A stretch of DNA of 64,000 nt from assembly GCA_037481835.1 (NCBI GenBank), contig JBBFKW010000016.1:1-64000 (forward strand), given 5' to 3'. This DNA comes from Desulfosoma sp. Lineage in GTDB: Bacteria > Desulfobacterota > Syntrophobacteria > Syntrophobacterales > DSM-9756. The notes under the pieces are model-generated. The model saw only the letters and a program-made list of their open reading frames with translations, ran no database searches and was not told where the DNA came from. A program made the position numbers and the translations under genes. Position 1 is the first letter of the stretch. Each line of letters begins with the position of its first letter. Shown here piece by piece: positions 49,799-60,588 of this stretch.

Positions 49799-51382
49799 AT
49801 GAAAATCCTTGTGAGCGACAATCTGTCCGAGTCGGGAATAGAAAAACTCAAGGCCGTTCCCGGCTTTGAAGTGGAAGTGAACACGAGTCTCACCCATGAG
49901 GAGCTGTGCAAGATCATCAAGGAATACGACGCCCTGGTGATCCGCAGCGCCACCAAGGTGACGCGCGACGTCATCGAAGCCGCCGACAACCTCAAGGTGA
50001 TCGGCCGGGCGGGGATCGGGCTGGACAACGTGGACATTCCCGCCGCCACCAAGCGCGGCATCGTCGTGATGAACACGCCGGAAGGCAACGTGATCACCAC
50101 GGCCGAACACACCATCGCCATGCTCATGGCGCTCAGCCGCAACATTCCCCAAGCCAACACGTCCATGAAGGAAGGCAAGTGGGAGAAGAAGAAGTTTCGA
50201 GGCAAGGAAGTGTTCAACAAGACCCTGGGCGTGGTGGGCATCGGCCGCATCGGCCGGGTCGTGGCCGATCGAGCCAAGGGATTGAAGATGAACGTCATTG
50301 CCTACGACCCCTACATCAATGAGGAAACCATTCGAAAGCTCGGGGTCGAGGCGGTGAGCTTCGACGAGCTGCTGGCGCGGGCCGACTACATCACCGTCCA
50401 TACGCCCATGACCCAGGAGACCCGCAATCTCATCAACAAAGAGGCGTTCAGCAAGATGAAGCGCGGCGTCTTCATCATCAACTGCGCCCGCGGCGGGATC
50501 GTCAACGAAAAGGATCTCTACGACGCCATTCAAGAGGGGATCGTGGCGGGAGCGGCTTTGGACGTGTTCGCCGAAGAGCCGCCCAAGAACAACCCCTTGC
50601 TGGAGCTCGACAAGGTCATCGCGACGCCCCACTTGGGGGCCTCCACGGACGAGGCCCAGGAAAACGTGGCCCTGGCGGTGGCCGACCAGGTCATTGATTT
50701 CCTGCTGAACGGCACCATTCGCAACGCCGTCAACGCCCCTTCCATCGATGGGGAGCTTTTGGCCACCATGCGGCCGTATCTAGAACTTTCCGAAAAACTG
50801 GGGAGCCTGGTCCAGCAGATCACGCCGGGGGCGCCGCAACAAATCTCCATCGAATACGTGGGCGACGTGTGCCAGCTCAGAGACACCAAGCCCTTGACCA
50901 TTTCCGTTCTGAAAGGAATTCTCACGCCCATGCTGGGCGAACAGGTCAATTTCGTCAACGCCCCCATTCATGCCAAGGAACGCAACATCCGCGTGACGGA
51001 AAGCCTGAGGAGCGAGGCCGAAGACTTCACCAACCTCATCAGCATTTACATGAAGACGTCCCAGGACGAAAACCTGGTGGCGGGAACCATCTTCGGCAAG
51101 AAAGACGTCCGGCTGGTGCGCATCAACGACTTTAGGCTGGAAGCGGCCATGGAAGGCCACCTGGTCCTCATCTACAACATCGACACCCCGGGGACCATCG
51201 GTGCCATCGGCACGTGCCTCGGACGGCACAACATCAATATTTCCATGATGGACGTCGGCCAGGTTCTGGAACGGGGGCAAAACATCATCCTGTTGCGGAC
51301 GGACACGCCCGTGACCCCCGAAGTCGTGCAGGAACTGCTTTCGTTGGAAAACGTCAATATCGTGCAGATTCTCGAACTGTAG
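49799..51382 (+). CDS. serA: D-3-phosphoglycerate dehydrogenase
   Basis: GRAGIGLDNVD, GIGRIG, NCARGG, TPHLGAST, plus ASB and ACT domains. Confidence 0.96.
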   Translation: MKILVSDNLSESGIEKLKAVPGFEVEVNTSLTHEELCKIIKEYDALVIRSATKVTRDVIEAADNLKVIGRAGIGLDNVDIPAATKRGIVVMNTPEGNVITTAEHTIAMLMALSRNIPQANTSMKEGKWEKKKFRGKEVFNKTLGVVGIGRIGRVVADRAKGLKMNVIAYDPYINEETIRKLGVEAVSFDELLARADYITVHTPMTQETRNLINKEAFSKMKRGVFIINCARGGIVNEKDLYDAIQEGIVAGAALDVFAEEPPKNNPLLELDKVIATPHLGASTDEAQENVALAVADQVIDFLLNGTIRNAVNAPSIDGELLATMRPYLELSEKLGSLVQQITPGAPQQISIEYVGDVCQLRDTKPLTISVLKGILTPMLGEQVNFVNAPIHAKERNIRVTESLRSEAEDFTNLISIYMKTSQDENLVAGTIFGKKDVRLVRINDFRLEAAMEGHLVLIYNIDTPGTIGAIGTCLGRHNINISMMDVGQVLERGQNIILLRTDTPVTPEVVQELLSLENVNIVQILEL

Positions 51383-51400
51383 CCGCAGGACGGAGGGCCT

Positions 51401-51853
51401 ATGGAGGAGCAGGAAAAAAAAGGCTTTGTCGTTCGGGATCGGCGAAAGATCGTTCTAGACGATGCGGACAAGGAGGAAAAGGTTCGGGACGCCGCGGAGC
51501 CGAGCACCGAGCCGCCCCGCGCGGGAGCATCTCAGGCCTCGGGTCCCGAAAAGGCCGACCCCGGTGCGGCCCGTTGGGAAGGCGAGGCGAAGACCGCACG
51601 GCCTTACCCTCAGGTGACCTTTTCCACTTTCGTCTTTTCGCTGAGTTCTTCGGCGTTGGTCCATCTGGGCGAGGTCCCGGACCCGTCCACACAAAAGGTG
51701 GAAAAGGACCTGCCCTTGGCAAAACAGATCATCGACACCTTGGCCATGCTCCAGGAAAAGACCAAGGGCAATCTGGACAAAGACGAAGAGCAATTGCTGC
51801 AGACGGTGCTCTATGATCTGCGGCTGCGCTTCGTGAAGCAGAGCGGTTCCTAG
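51401..51853 (+). CDS. DUF1844 family protein
   Basis: LGEVPDP..DLPLAKQIIDTLAMLQEKTKGNL motif. Confidence 0.8.
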   Translation: MEEQEKKGFVVRDRRKIVLDDADKEEKVRDAAEPSTEPPRAGASQASGPEKADPGAARWEGEAKTARPYPQVTFSTFVFSLSSSALVHLGEVPDPSTQKVEKDLPLAKQIIDTLAMLQEKTKGNLDKDEEQLLQTVLYDLRLRFVKQSGS

Positions 51854-51981
51854 ACCCTTCGGCGAGGCCTTCAAAGCGGTTTCTTTGTGATTCAGGATGG
51901 ATTGTGCAATGGAAGGAAGGGCACGGCATGCCGCCGTGCCCTTCCGGTTTCGGCCGATGCCGGCCCAGGGCGTGACGTGCC

Positions 51982-52836
51982 GTGAAAGCCGTGGTGACCG
52001 TTCCCGGAAAAATCAATTTGTGGCTGGAGGTGCTGGGCAAAAGACCCGACGGGTATCACGAGGTCTCCACGCTCATGCTTCCGGTGGCCCTCTTCGATCG
52101 CCTGGTGCTGGAACCCCAGGGCGAGGGAATCCGACTGGAATGCGCTCATCCCCTGGTTCCCGTGGATGAAAGAAACTTGATCCATCGCGCGGCGGAGGCT
52201 TTTTTCCGAAAAACGGGATGGCGGATCGGGTTGCGGGTTCGCCTGGACAAAGCCGTTCCCGTGGGGGCCGGCATGGGCGGGGGGAGCGCCGATGCGGCGG
52301 CCGTCTTGTCCTTCTTGAACGAAATGGCCCCTCGGGCCCTGCCTTTCTCCGCCCTGCACGAGCTCGCCCGAAGCCTCGGCGCCGATGTGCCTTTCTTTCT
52401 CCTGAAGCGGCCGGCCCTGGCGACGGGTGTGGGCGACGCGTTGAAGCCCATCTCGGGACTTCCCCGGTACCCGCTGGTGCTCATCAAGCCGCCCTTTGAG
52501 GTGTCCGCGGCGTGGGCTTACGGGAGTTTGAAGTTGACAAGGGGGGGGAGTCGCATTAATATCGACACGCTGTTGGCCTGCCCTCACAACCCGGCGTCAT
52601 GCTTGGAAAATGACCTGGAAGATGCGGTTTCGGCCAGGCATCCAGAGGTTGCCGCCATCAAGGGTTGGCTGCTGCGCAACGGGGCCGTAGGGGCGCTCAT
52701 GACGGGGAGCGGTCCTACGGTTTTTGGCATCTTTGAATCCATGGATCACGCCTCGGCCGTGGAAAGGGTCGCCCGGCGCGCGTGGGCGTCCTGCTGGTGC
52801 GCCGCAACCAGCACGCTTGGCGAGTCGGGGATCTGA
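51982..52836 (+). CDS. ispE: 4-diphosphocytidyl-2C-methyl-D-erythritol kinase
   Basis: KINLWL, PVGAGMGGGSADAA, LGADVPFF, MTGSGPTVF motifs. Confidence 0.95.
   Translation: MKAVVTVPGKINLWLEVLGKRPDGYHEVSTLMLPVALFDRLVLEPQGEGIRLECAHPLVPVDERNLIHRAAEAFFRKTGWRIGLRVRLDKAVPVGAGMGGGSADAAAVLSFLNEMAPRALPFSALHELARSLGADVPFFLLKRPALATGVGDALKPISGLPRYPLVLIKPPFEVSAAWAYGSLKLTRGGSRINIDTLLACPHNPASCLENDLEDAVSARHPEVAAIKGWLLRNGAVGALMTGSGPTVFGIFESMDHASAVERVARRAWASCWCAATSTLGESGI
52534..52562 (+). promoter_or_regulatory. sigma70 promoter inside ispE, probably driving tRNA-Gln-prs-rplY
   Basis: TTGACA (52534-52539), 17-nt spacer, TAATAT (52557-52562). Confidence 0.65.
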
Positions 52837-52860
52837 CGAGGCGGCGGGCGCAGGGCGTTT

Positions 52861-52935
52861 TGGGGTGTCGCCAAGGGGAAAGGCACGGGTCTTTGGAACC
52901 CGCATTCGGAGGTTCGAATCCTCCCACCCCAGCCA
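52861..52935 (+). tRNA. tRNA-Gln(TTG)
   Basis: TGGGGTG/CACCCCA acceptor stem, CGGGT-CT TTG GA-ACCCG anticodon arm, GGTTCGAATCC, CCA. Canonical position between ispE and prs. Confidence 0.96.
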
Positions 52936-53030
52936 CAGGGCGCCGTGAGGTGTGCGCGAGAGGGGGGCCGGCGACAAGGCGGCCTGGGCGGTCGGCTGAA
53001 AATCGGCGCCCGTGAGACGGGTCGGGTAGG

Positions 53031-53966
53031 ATGCGCAGACGATTGAAAGTCTTTTCCGGATCGTCCAACCCGACACTGGCCCAAAGCCTGTGCCGACACT
53101 TGGGATTGTCCCTGGGCAAGGCTCTGGTCACGCGATTTTCCGACGGGGAAATCCGGGTGGAAATCGGGGAGAATGTCCGCGGGGTGGATGCGTACGTGGT
53201 CCAATCCACGTGCCGTCCGGTCAACGACCACCTCATGGAGCTCCTGCTCATGGTGGACGCCCTCAAGAGGGCCTCGGCGGCGCGCATCAATGCGGTCATC
53301 CCGTACTACGGCTATGGGCGAAGGGACCAGAAGGACAAGCCCCGGGTGCCCATAACGGCCAAAATGGTGGCCAATCTTCTGACGGCGGCTGGGGTGGACC
53401 GGGTCGTGTCGTGTTCGCTCCATGCCGGGCAGATCCAAGGATTTTTTCGACTGCCCGTGGACGACATTCCGGGGCAGTGTTTCTTCATGGAAGAGCTGGG
53501 CCGGAGCGCCCGCAAGGACACTGTGGTGGTGGCTCCGGATGCGGCCGGGGTGGGCCGGGCCAGGCTCCTGGCGGAAAAGCTTCAAGTTCCGTTGGCGATC
53601 ATTCACCATGAACGGGAAACGGGCCAGAGGGATCCCGTGGTGGTGGGGGATGTGCGCGGCAAGTCCGTCATCATTTTCGACGACATGGTGGATACGGGGG
53701 CCAAAGTGAGTGCGGCCGCGCAGGCGGTCATGGCTTACGGCGCGCACGAAGCGGATGCCGTCTGCGTCCACGGGGTTCTTTCCGAAGGGGCCGTGGAACG
53801 CATCGAAGCCTCCCCGCTGCAAAGGCTTGTGGTCACCGATACCATCCCCATGGGGGACAAGGCGGCCCGGTCCGCGAAGATTCACAAGGTGAGCGTGGCG
53901 CCCCTTCTGGCGCAGGTTATGGAGCACATCCATCGGGACGAATCGGTAAGCGGGCTTCTTTCTTAG
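53031..53966 (+). CDS. prs: Ribose-phosphate pyrophosphokinase homolog (several catalytic motifs altered)
   Basis: FSDGEI, LHAGQIQGFF, APDAAG, FDDMVDTG, VVTDTIP. Conserved synteny. Confidence 0.88.
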   Translation: MRRRLKVFSGSSNPTLAQSLCRHLGLSLGKALVTRFSDGEIRVEIGENVRGVDAYVVQSTCRPVNDHLMELLLMVDALKRASAARINAVIPYYGYGRRDQKDKPRVPITAKMVANLLTAAGVDRVVSCSLHAGQIQGFFRLPVDDIPGQCFFMEELGRSARKDTVVVAPDAAGVGRARLLAEKLQVPLAIIHHERETGQRDPVVVGDVRGKSVIIFDDMVDTGAKVSAAAQAVMAYGAHEADAVCVHGVLSEGAVERIEASPLQRLVVTDTIPMGDKAARSAKIHKVSVAPLLAQVMEHIHRDESVSGLLS

Positions 53967-54005
53967 CGGTTCGATTCCGAAGTCCTTTTCATGTGGAGGC
54001 GATTT

Positions 54006-54635
54006 ATGGCGATGGTGGAGTTGACGGCGAAAGTTCGCGAACGAACCGGGAAAGGCCCCGCGCGAAGGCTGCGGCAGCAGGAATGGATTCCGGCGATCTG
54101 TTACGGCCCCAAGACGTCCCCCCTGCCCTTGTCCGTTCCCCGCAATAAGCTGCTCAAGTGTTTGAAGGAAATGGGAGAGGAGACCCGCCTGATCCCTCTG
54201 GTGGTGGAAGACGGATCGACCCGGACGACGAAAAAAGTGGTCATCCGCGAGGTCCAGGTGCATCCTTACAAGCGGCGGGTGATCCATGTGGATTTTCACG
54301 AGGTGGCCCTCGATGAACCCTTGACCGTGGATGTGCCGGTGGAAATTACGGGCACGGCGGCGGGTGTGGCCGACGGCGGCATGCTCAACCAAATCCGCTA
54401 CACCCTCTCCGTGAGGTGCCTACCTACGGAAATTCCGGAAAAAATCACGGTGGACGTGAGCCCGCTCGGCATGGGGGAGTCCCTGCACGTGTCGGATCTC
54501 CGAGGCAAGGTTCCCTTTGAGATCTTGGACGATGACAGCTATACTGTGGTGACCGTGGCAGCTCCGGAATCGGAAAAAGCACCTGCAGTGCCTGAATCGA
54601 CAACCGAAGGTGGAGAGGAGGTGACAAAGGCATAG
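54006..54635 (+). CDS. rplY: 50S ribosomal protein L25/Ctc
   Basis: GKGPARRLR..IPAICYG, QVHPYK..HVDF motifs. Confidence 0.93.
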   Translation: MAMVELTAKVRERTGKGPARRLRQQEWIPAICYGPKTSPLPLSVPRNKLLKCLKEMGEETRLIPLVVEDGSTRTTKKVVIREVQVHPYKRRVIHVDFHEVALDEPLTVDVPVEITGTAAGVADGGMLNQIRYTLSVRCLPTEIPEKITVDVSPLGMGESLHVSDLRGKVPFEILDDDSYTVVTVAAPESEKAPAVPESTTEGGEEVTKA

Positions 54636-55307
54636 GTGGTCCAGGGGGATTTCCGCCCGGGGGCCGAGAGCCGAAAGCCTTCCGGCGCGGAGCGCATCGA
54701 CGTCGTGGTTGGGCTGGGGAATCCGGGCCGCCGCTATGAGGGCACGCGGCATAACGCGGGGTTCCAGGTGGTGGATGCCTTGGCGAGCCATTACGGGATG
54801 GGGCTCCAGGAACGGAAGTTTCCGGCGCAGTGGGCGGAGGCTGTGGTGGAAGGGCGCAAGGTCCTTTTCATCAAGCCGACGACATACATGAATCGAAGCG
54901 GAGATGCCGTTTACGCCATGCTCCAATATTTCAAGATCCCGCCCTCTCGGATGCTCGTCATCCACGATGATTTGGACATGCCCTTGGGGCGCGTCAAAAT
55001 CGTGCGCGCGGGGGGAGCGGGAGGTCATCGGGGCGTGGCCTCCATCATCGAGCGGGTGGGGGACGGCGGCTTTGCTCGTCTGAAGCTGGGCATCGGCCGG
55101 CCTCCACACGGTGAGCCGGTTGAAGTGTACGTGTTGAGCGGCCCGGAGGAGGATGAGCGGGACCGGTTCGAGAAGATGGTATCCCACGGTGCCGAGGCGG
55201 CTCGAGCCGTTCTGGAACGGGGCCTGGAGGCGGCCATGAACCTCTACAACGTGAGGGATGCGGCCGCGCTCATGGGGCCACGGATTCGGGCGGAAACGGG
55301 AGCGTAA
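54636..55307 (+). CDS. pth: Peptidyl-tRNA hydrolase
   Basis: VGLGNPG..TRHNAGF, KPTTYMNRSG, HDDLD, GGHRG motifs. Confidence 0.95.
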   Translation: MVQGDFRPGAESRKPSGAERIDVVVGLGNPGRRYEGTRHNAGFQVVDALASHYGMGLQERKFPAQWAEAVVEGRKVLFIKPTTYMNRSGDAVYAMLQYFKIPPSRMLVIHDDLDMPLGRVKIVRAGGAGGHRGVASIIERVGDGGFARLKLGIGRPPHGEPVEVYVLSGPEEDERDRFEKMVSHGAEAARAVLERGLEAAMNLYNVRDAAALMGPRIRAETGA

Positions 55308-55363
55308 GCTTTTTTTTGGCCTGTCAAGTTAAATTTTGCACAAGGTGAAGGAGGATGGGAGCG

Positions 55364-57358
55364 ATGCTCAACTACACGATGTACGCACCGATCTTTGGTA
55401 TCGCCGGGTTTGCCGTGGCCTTCATGATCTTTCTCTGGGTCAAGAAGCAGCCCCCCGGCACGGAAAAAATGCAGGAATTGGAAGAAATGATTCACGTGGG
55501 CGCCATGGCGTTTCTCAAGACCGAGTACTCGGTCCTCTTGATTTTCATTGCCGTGGTGGCCGGTCTTCTCTATTTCGGCGTCAATCCCCAGACGGCGTAC
55601 TGCTTCCTGGGCGGTGCGGCGTGTTCCATCATCGCCGGTTTTACGGGCATGACGGCGGCAACGCGGGGGAATTCGCGTACCGCGTGGGCCGCCAATCAGT
55701 GGGGTCAGGCCAAGGCCTTGACGGTTTCCTATTTTTCCGGGTCCGTCATGGGGCTTTCGGTGGCCGGCCTTGGGCTTTTGGGCGTGGGCATTGCCTACTA
55801 CCTGTTCGGCAAGGATCCGGCGACGGCCAACTACATCAACGGCTTTGCCATGGGCGCCAGCTCCATCGCCTTGTTCGCTCGTATGGGCGGCGGCATCTAC
55901 ACCAAGGCGGCGGACGTGGGTGCCGACCTTGTGGGTAAGGTGGAAGCGGGCATCCCGGAAGACGATCCGCGCAACCCGGGCGTCATCGCCGACAACGTGG
56001 GCGACAACGTGGGCGACATCGCCGGCATGGGCGCCGACATTTTCGAATCTTACGTGGGCGCCATCATCGCCACCATCGCCATCGCGGCCACCATGCCTCA
56101 GGAAATGCTTCAGGGTGCGGACCGTATGGCATACATGGCCATGCCCCTCCTGGTGGTCATGGGCGGCTTGGTTTCGTCCTTCCTGGGCGTCTTCAGCCTC
56201 AAGGCCATGAGCGGCATGAACCCGCAAAGCGCGCTGCGCTACACGACCTTTGTGGCGGCCGTCGCTTTCATCGGGATCACCTATTACATCGACAAGGCTT
56301 TGGGCTTGCCGATGGGGGTGTTCTACGCGGTGGTGAGCGGCCTTGTGGTGGGCATCATCATCGGGCTCTTGGCGGAATACTACACCTCCATGGCGCCGGT
56401 GCGTAAGATCGCGGCCCAGTCCGAAACGGGTCCGGCCACGGTCATCATCGCCGGTCTCGCCGTGGGTATGGAAAGTGTGGCCCTGCCCGTGATCGGCATC
56501 TGTGCGGCGACCTACATCGCCTACGTGACGGGCGGCATTTACGGCATCGGTATTTCCGCCGTCGGCATGCTCGCCACCGTGGGTGCCACCATGACCGTGG
56601 ACGCCTATGGTCCCATCGCCGACAACGCGGGCGGCATTTCCGAAATGGCGGAACTGGGTCCTGAAACCCGCGCCATCACGGACAGCCTGGATGCGTTGGG
56701 CAACACCACGGCGGCCATCGGCAAGGGCTTTGCCATCGGCGCGGCGGCCCTCACCGCGGTCGCTCTGTTCCAGGCTTTTGCCCAGGCGGCCAAGCTCCAG
56801 ACCATCGACATCACCGATCCCTACGTGACCATCGGCGCCCTCATCGGCGGCATCGTGCCGTTTGTCGTGGCCGCTCTGACCATGACGGCCGTGGGCGATG
56901 CGGCTTTCGACATGGTGGAAGAAATCCGCCGTCAGTTCCGTGAAATCCCCGGCTTGATGGAAGGCAAGGGCAAGCCCGACCCGGCCCGCTGCGTGGCCAT
57001 CGCCACCAAGGGCGCCATCCGCCGCATGATGCTCCCGGGTCTCGTGGGCGTGACCACCCCCGTGGTCGTGGGCTTCCTCATCGGCCCCCAGGCTCTGGGC
57101 GGGACGCTCCTGGGCTGCACCATCTCCGGCGTCATGCTGGCCCTGTTCATGGCCAACGGCGGCGGTGCGTGGGACAATGCCAAGAAGTACATTGAAAAGG
57201 GTCACTTCGGCGGCAAGGGTTCGGACAACCACAAGGCCGCCGTGGTGGGCGACACCGTTGGCGACCCGTTCAAGGACACCTCCGGCCCCACCATGAACAT
57301 CCTCATCAAGCTCGTGTCGGTCATCTCACTCGTCATCGCCCCGCTGCTCATCCGCTAA
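55364..57358 (+). CDS. hppA: Membrane-bound K+-dependent (probably Na+-translocating) pyrophosphatase
   Basis: [44 protein letters not shown] motifs. Confidence 0.95.
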   Translation: MLNYTMYAPIFGIAGFAVAFMIFLWVKKQPPGTEKMQELEEMIHVGAMAFLKTEYSVLLIFIAVVAGLLYFGVNPQTAYCFLGGAACSIIAGFTGMTAATRGNSRTAWAANQWGQAKALTVSYFSGSVMGLSVAGLGLLGVGIAYYLFGKDPATANYINGFAMGASSIALFARMGGGIYTKAADVGADLVGKVEAGIPEDDPRNPGVIADNVGDNVGDIAGMGADIFESYVGAIIATIAIAATMPQEMLQGADRMAYMAMPLLVVMGGLVSSFLGVFSLKAMSGMNPQSALRYTTFVAAVAFIGITYYIDKALGLPMGVFYAVVSGLVVGIIIGLLAEYYTSMAPVRKIAAQSETGPATVIIAGLAVGMESVALPVIGICAATYIAYVTGGIYGIGISAVGMLATVGATMTVDAYGPIADNAGGISEMAELGPETRAITDSLDALGNTTAAIGKGFAIGAAALTAVALFQAFAQAAKLQTIDITDPYVTIGALIGGIVPFVVAALTMTAVGDAAFDMVEEIRRQFREIPGLMEGKGKPDPARCVAIATKGAIRRMMLPGLVGVTTPVVVGFLIGPQALGGTLLGCTISGVMLALFMANGGGAWDNAKKYIEKGHFGGKGSDNHKAAVVGDTVGDPFKDTSGPTMNILIKLVSVISLVIAPLLIR

Positions 57359-57380
57359 GCGACGACGCGCCATGACCCGA

Positions 57381-57410
57381 AAGGGCCCCCGGGCAGTTCC
57401 GGGGGCCCTT
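57381..57410 (+). terminator. Strong hairpin after hppA
   Basis: 12-bp perfect stem AAGGGCCCCCGG/CCGGGGGCCCTT. The U-tract is short. Confidence 0.6.
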
Positions 57411-57598
57411 GAATGTAGGGCGGGCGTTTGCCCCGACGGATCCCTGCGCTTTTCCGACCTCTGTTTGCCCTTTGCAGTGCGTCTTCAAGGTGTTATTATT
57501 TTGAAACTTATCAGTTTGCGGGCCCACCGGGTGGGCCCAGGGGATTAGGGCGTCTTTCGACGGAGGGAGTTCCTCCATCGGGAGACAGGGAGGTCGTG

Positions 57599-58078
57599 AT
57601 GTTCAAGGTCGGGGATCTTGCCGTGTACCCTGCCCATGGCGTCGGCAAAATCGAAGCCATCGAAACCAAGTCCATCGGCGGTCATTCCCAGGATTTTTAC
57701 ATCATGCGCATCCTGGAAAACGATATGAAAATCATGATCCCGGTGCAAAACGCGCACGTGGTGGGTCTGCGCCGCCTGATCGCCGCGGACGAGGTCCACA
57801 AGGTCTACGACATTTTGCGCCGCAGGGAGATTTCGGTCAACTCCACCACGTGGAACCGGCGCTACCGGGAATACATGGAAAAGATCAAGACGGGATCCAT
57901 TTACGAACTGGCGGAAGTGCTCCGGGATTTGACCGTGCTCCAAAACGATAAAGAATTGAGTTTCGGGGAACGCAAGATGCTGGAAACCGCTCGAGCGCTC
58001 TTGGTGACGGAAGTCGCCATGGCGAGAGGGGCCCAGGAAAGCCAGATTGCCTGTGAAATCGACGAAATTCTTCAATAA
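57599..58078 (+). CDS. carD: CarD/CdnL family RNA polymerase-binding regulator
   Basis: FKVGDLAVYPAHGVG, WNRRYRE, LSFGERKML motifs. Confidence 0.92.
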   Translation: MFKVGDLAVYPAHGVGKIEAIETKSIGGHSQDFYIMRILENDMKIMIPVQNAHVVGLRRLIAADEVHKVYDILRRREISVNSTTWNRRYREYMEKIKTGSIYELAEVLRDLTVLQNDKELSFGERKMLETARALLVTEVAMARGAQESQIACEIDEILQ

Positions 58079-58207
58079 CCCATCCCTCTTTGTCTCCGGC
58101 AATCGGTGGGCGTTCAGGAAGCGGCCGGGCGTTTCGTTCCTCCACCGGGATTGTCTCCCGTAGCGCGCTTCAAGGATTGGGGTTTCGGCCATTTTTCATG
58201 AAGGGGG

Positions 58208-59242
58208 GTGGAATATGTGGCTTGGGCCAGTCTTGTCACGAAGATTGTCCTGATCGTCGTCTGCAGCGTCGGCGGGTATCTCATCGCCGGCCAGATCGGG
58301 CACCTGGCCCCTTACGGGTGGGCCCCGTGGGCGGGTGTGGCCGTCGGGTTTTGTTTCGCACTTTTAGCCATTTGGTTGGTCAAGACCGTTCGCCGCTTGC
58401 CCATCAAGGTCCTTTTGGGGGGCACCCTGGGACTGGTGATGGGGCTTTTGATCGTCAAACTGTTGAGTTTCGCCTTTATCGGCATTGAGAACACCACGAT
58501 CCGGGTGGCCAGTTCCGTGGTCCTCGTGTGCATCTTCGGCTACGTGGGCGTCGTCCTCGGCAGCATCAAGATCGAAGAATTGGGGTGGCCGAGTTGGCCT
58601 TTTTTCCATCGGGCGGGAGGCCGCGGGGCCTCGCTCAAGATTCTGGATACCAGTGTCATCATCGACGGGCGTATTGTGGACATCCTGCAGGCGGGGTTTT
58701 TGGAAGGCGTTCTCGTGATCCCCGAATTCGTGCTTCAGGAGCTCCAGCATATCGCCGACAGCTCGGATCCGTCCCGGAAGCTTCGCGGCCGGAGGGGCTT
58801 GGACATGCTGAAGAAGCTCCAGGAAGAGAAGCTGGCTGAGATTCGCATCGAACGGCAGGATTTTCCCCATTTGAGCGACGTGGACGCCAAACTGACGGCG
58901 CTGGCCGTGCGCCTCAACGCGTCCATCGTCACCAACGATTACAACCTGTCCAAGGTGGCGGAAGTGCAAGGGATTCCCGTACTGAACATCAACCGGTTGG
59001 CCAATGCGCTGCGGCCCGTGGTGTTGCCGGGAGAAGTGCTCCGTCTGCAAATTCTCAAGGAAGGCAAGGAGGAGGGCCAGGGGATCGCCTATTTGGAAGA
59101 CGGCACCATGGTGGTGGTGGAAAATGCAGCCAAGCTTTTGGGCCAGGAAGTGGAGGCTTCGGTGACGAGTATCTTGCAGACCACCGGCGGCCGAATGATC
59201 TTTACGACCCTCAAACCGTCGGAATCGGGTCGGCGGCATTAG
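58208..59242 (+). CDS. PIN/TRAM domain membrane protein (YacL-like)
   Basis: KILDTSVIIDGRI, RGRRGLD, YLEDGTMVVVE, QTTGGRMIF. Follows carD. Confidence 0.9.
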   Translation: MEYVAWASLVTKIVLIVVCSVGGYLIAGQIGHLAPYGWAPWAGVAVGFCFALLAIWLVKTVRRLPIKVLLGGTLGLVMGLLIVKLLSFAFIGIENTTIRVASSVVLVCIFGYVGVVLGSIKIEELGWPSWPFFHRAGGRGASLKILDTSVIIDGRIVDILQAGFLEGVLVIPEFVLQELQHIADSSDPSRKLRGRRGLDMLKKLQEEKLAEIRIERQDFPHLSDVDAKLTALAVRLNASIVTNDYNLSKVAEVQGIPVLNINRLANALRPVVLPGEVLRLQILKEGKEEGQGIAYLEDGTMVVVENAAKLLGQEVEASVTSILQTTGGRMIFTTLKPSESGRRH

Positions 59243-59250
59243 TCTCCCCC

Positions 59251-60261
59251 ATGACCAACGTCTCCGCCCCAACCCGCATCGTTCACGTCCAGGCGCCGGA
59301 CAAGGGACAGCGCCTGGACGTTTTTTTGAGCGACCGAGACCCCGATCGATCCCGGTCGCAATACAAGAAATGGATCGAAGCGGGACACGTCCTCGTCAAC
59401 GGCGCACGGGTCAAGCCGGGCTATGTGGTTCAGGCGGGGGACGAGATCACCGTGCGGGACGTGGAACCTTCCGGCGCAGGGGTCCTGGTTCCCGAGCCCA
59501 TGCCGCTCCATGTGCTCTATGAAGACAGTGATCTCATTGTCGTCAACAAGCCGGCCGGGCTGGTGGTCCATCCTGGAGCGGGGCATGAGCGCGGCACGTT
59601 GGTTCACGGGCTGCTCGCCCATTGCCCCCGGTTGGCGAACCAAGGAGCACCGCTTCGCCCCGGCATCGTGCATCGGCTGGACCAGGAAACGTCCGGCGTT
59701 TTGGTGGTGGCCAAAAGCGACGGCGCCTACCTGGACCTCATCGAGCAGTTCAAGGGCCGTGAAGTGCGAAAGACGTATTGTGCCTTCGTCTACGGCCGTT
59801 TCAGCGAGCCGTACGGGGAGCTTCGCACCAAGATCGGTCGCCATCCCAAGGACCGCAAGAGGATGGCCGTGGTGGAACGGCTGGGCAAGGAGGCCGTCAC
59901 ACTCTGGCGGGTGCGAAGGGTCTGGTTCGATCTCGTCTCGCTCTTGGAGGTGCGGATTCTCACGGGTCGTACCCATCAAATCCGCGTCCACTGTCACGCC
60001 ATGAACCGCCCCGTGGTGGGGGACGAAACCTATGGAGGAGGCATGCGCCGGGCGCAGCGCCTCCCCAATCCGGCCGTTCGAGCCGCGGTCCTGGCCCATG
60101 CCCATCGCACCATGCTGCACGCATGGCGTTTGACCCTGAAGCACCCCCGGACGAGGGAGGAGCTCCACTTCGAAGCCCCCCTGCCTCAAGATTTTTTGGA
60201 TCTGGAAGCCGCCCTCCAGGAAACCTTCACGGCGTCCCCGTCCTCGTCGGGTGAGGCGTGA
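59251..60261 (+). CDS. rluD: 23S rRNA pseudouridine synthase RluD family
   Basis: S4 domain, NKPAGLVVHP, GIVHRLDQETSG, TGRTHQIRVH motifs. Confidence 0.9.
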   Translation: MTNVSAPTRIVHVQAPDKGQRLDVFLSDRDPDRSRSQYKKWIEAGHVLVNGARVKPGYVVQAGDEITVRDVEPSGAGVLVPEPMPLHVLYEDSDLIVVNKPAGLVVHPGAGHERGTLVHGLLAHCPRLANQGAPLRPGIVHRLDQETSGVLVVAKSDGAYLDLIEQFKGREVRKTYCAFVYGRFSEPYGELRTKIGRHPKDRKRMAVVERLGKEAVTLWRVRRVWFDLVSLLEVRILTGRTHQIRVHCHAMNRPVVGDETYGGGMRRAQRLPNPAVRAAVLAHAHRTMLHAWRLTLKHPRTREELHFEAPLPQDFLDLEAALQETFTASPSSSGEA

Positions 60262-60363
60262 TGGATTGCGCCCGGAGGCCTTCCCGGAAAAGTCGTTGAC
60301 AAGACTGCTCGGACGGGCTTTTGTTGGCCTCATGAGACCATCGTCAAAGGAGAAAGGGATTCC

Positions 60364-60588
60364 ATGGCCGAAAACCGATTGATTCACGCATTTCAAAAGA
60401 ACGCCCTTGAAGAAATCCGAGTCTCCCTCAATGTCTTTCGCGGGAAGGAATACATTGATATCCGCATTTTCTATAAGGGGGACGACGGCGAGTATCACCC
60501 GTCCAAGAAAGGCGTCACCCTCTCCCCGGAGCTTCTTCCCGATTTACAGGAAGCGGTGAAAAAGCTGGAAGAAACCCTCGAGGCGTAA
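60364..60588 (+). CDS. PC4/YdbC-like ssDNA-binding protein
   Basis: EIRVSLNVFRGKEYIDIRIFY..PSKKGVTL motif. Confidence 0.82.
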   Translation: MAENRLIHAFQKNALEEIRVSLNVFRGKEYIDIRIFYKGDDGEYHPSKKGVTLSPELLPDLQEAVKKLEETLEA

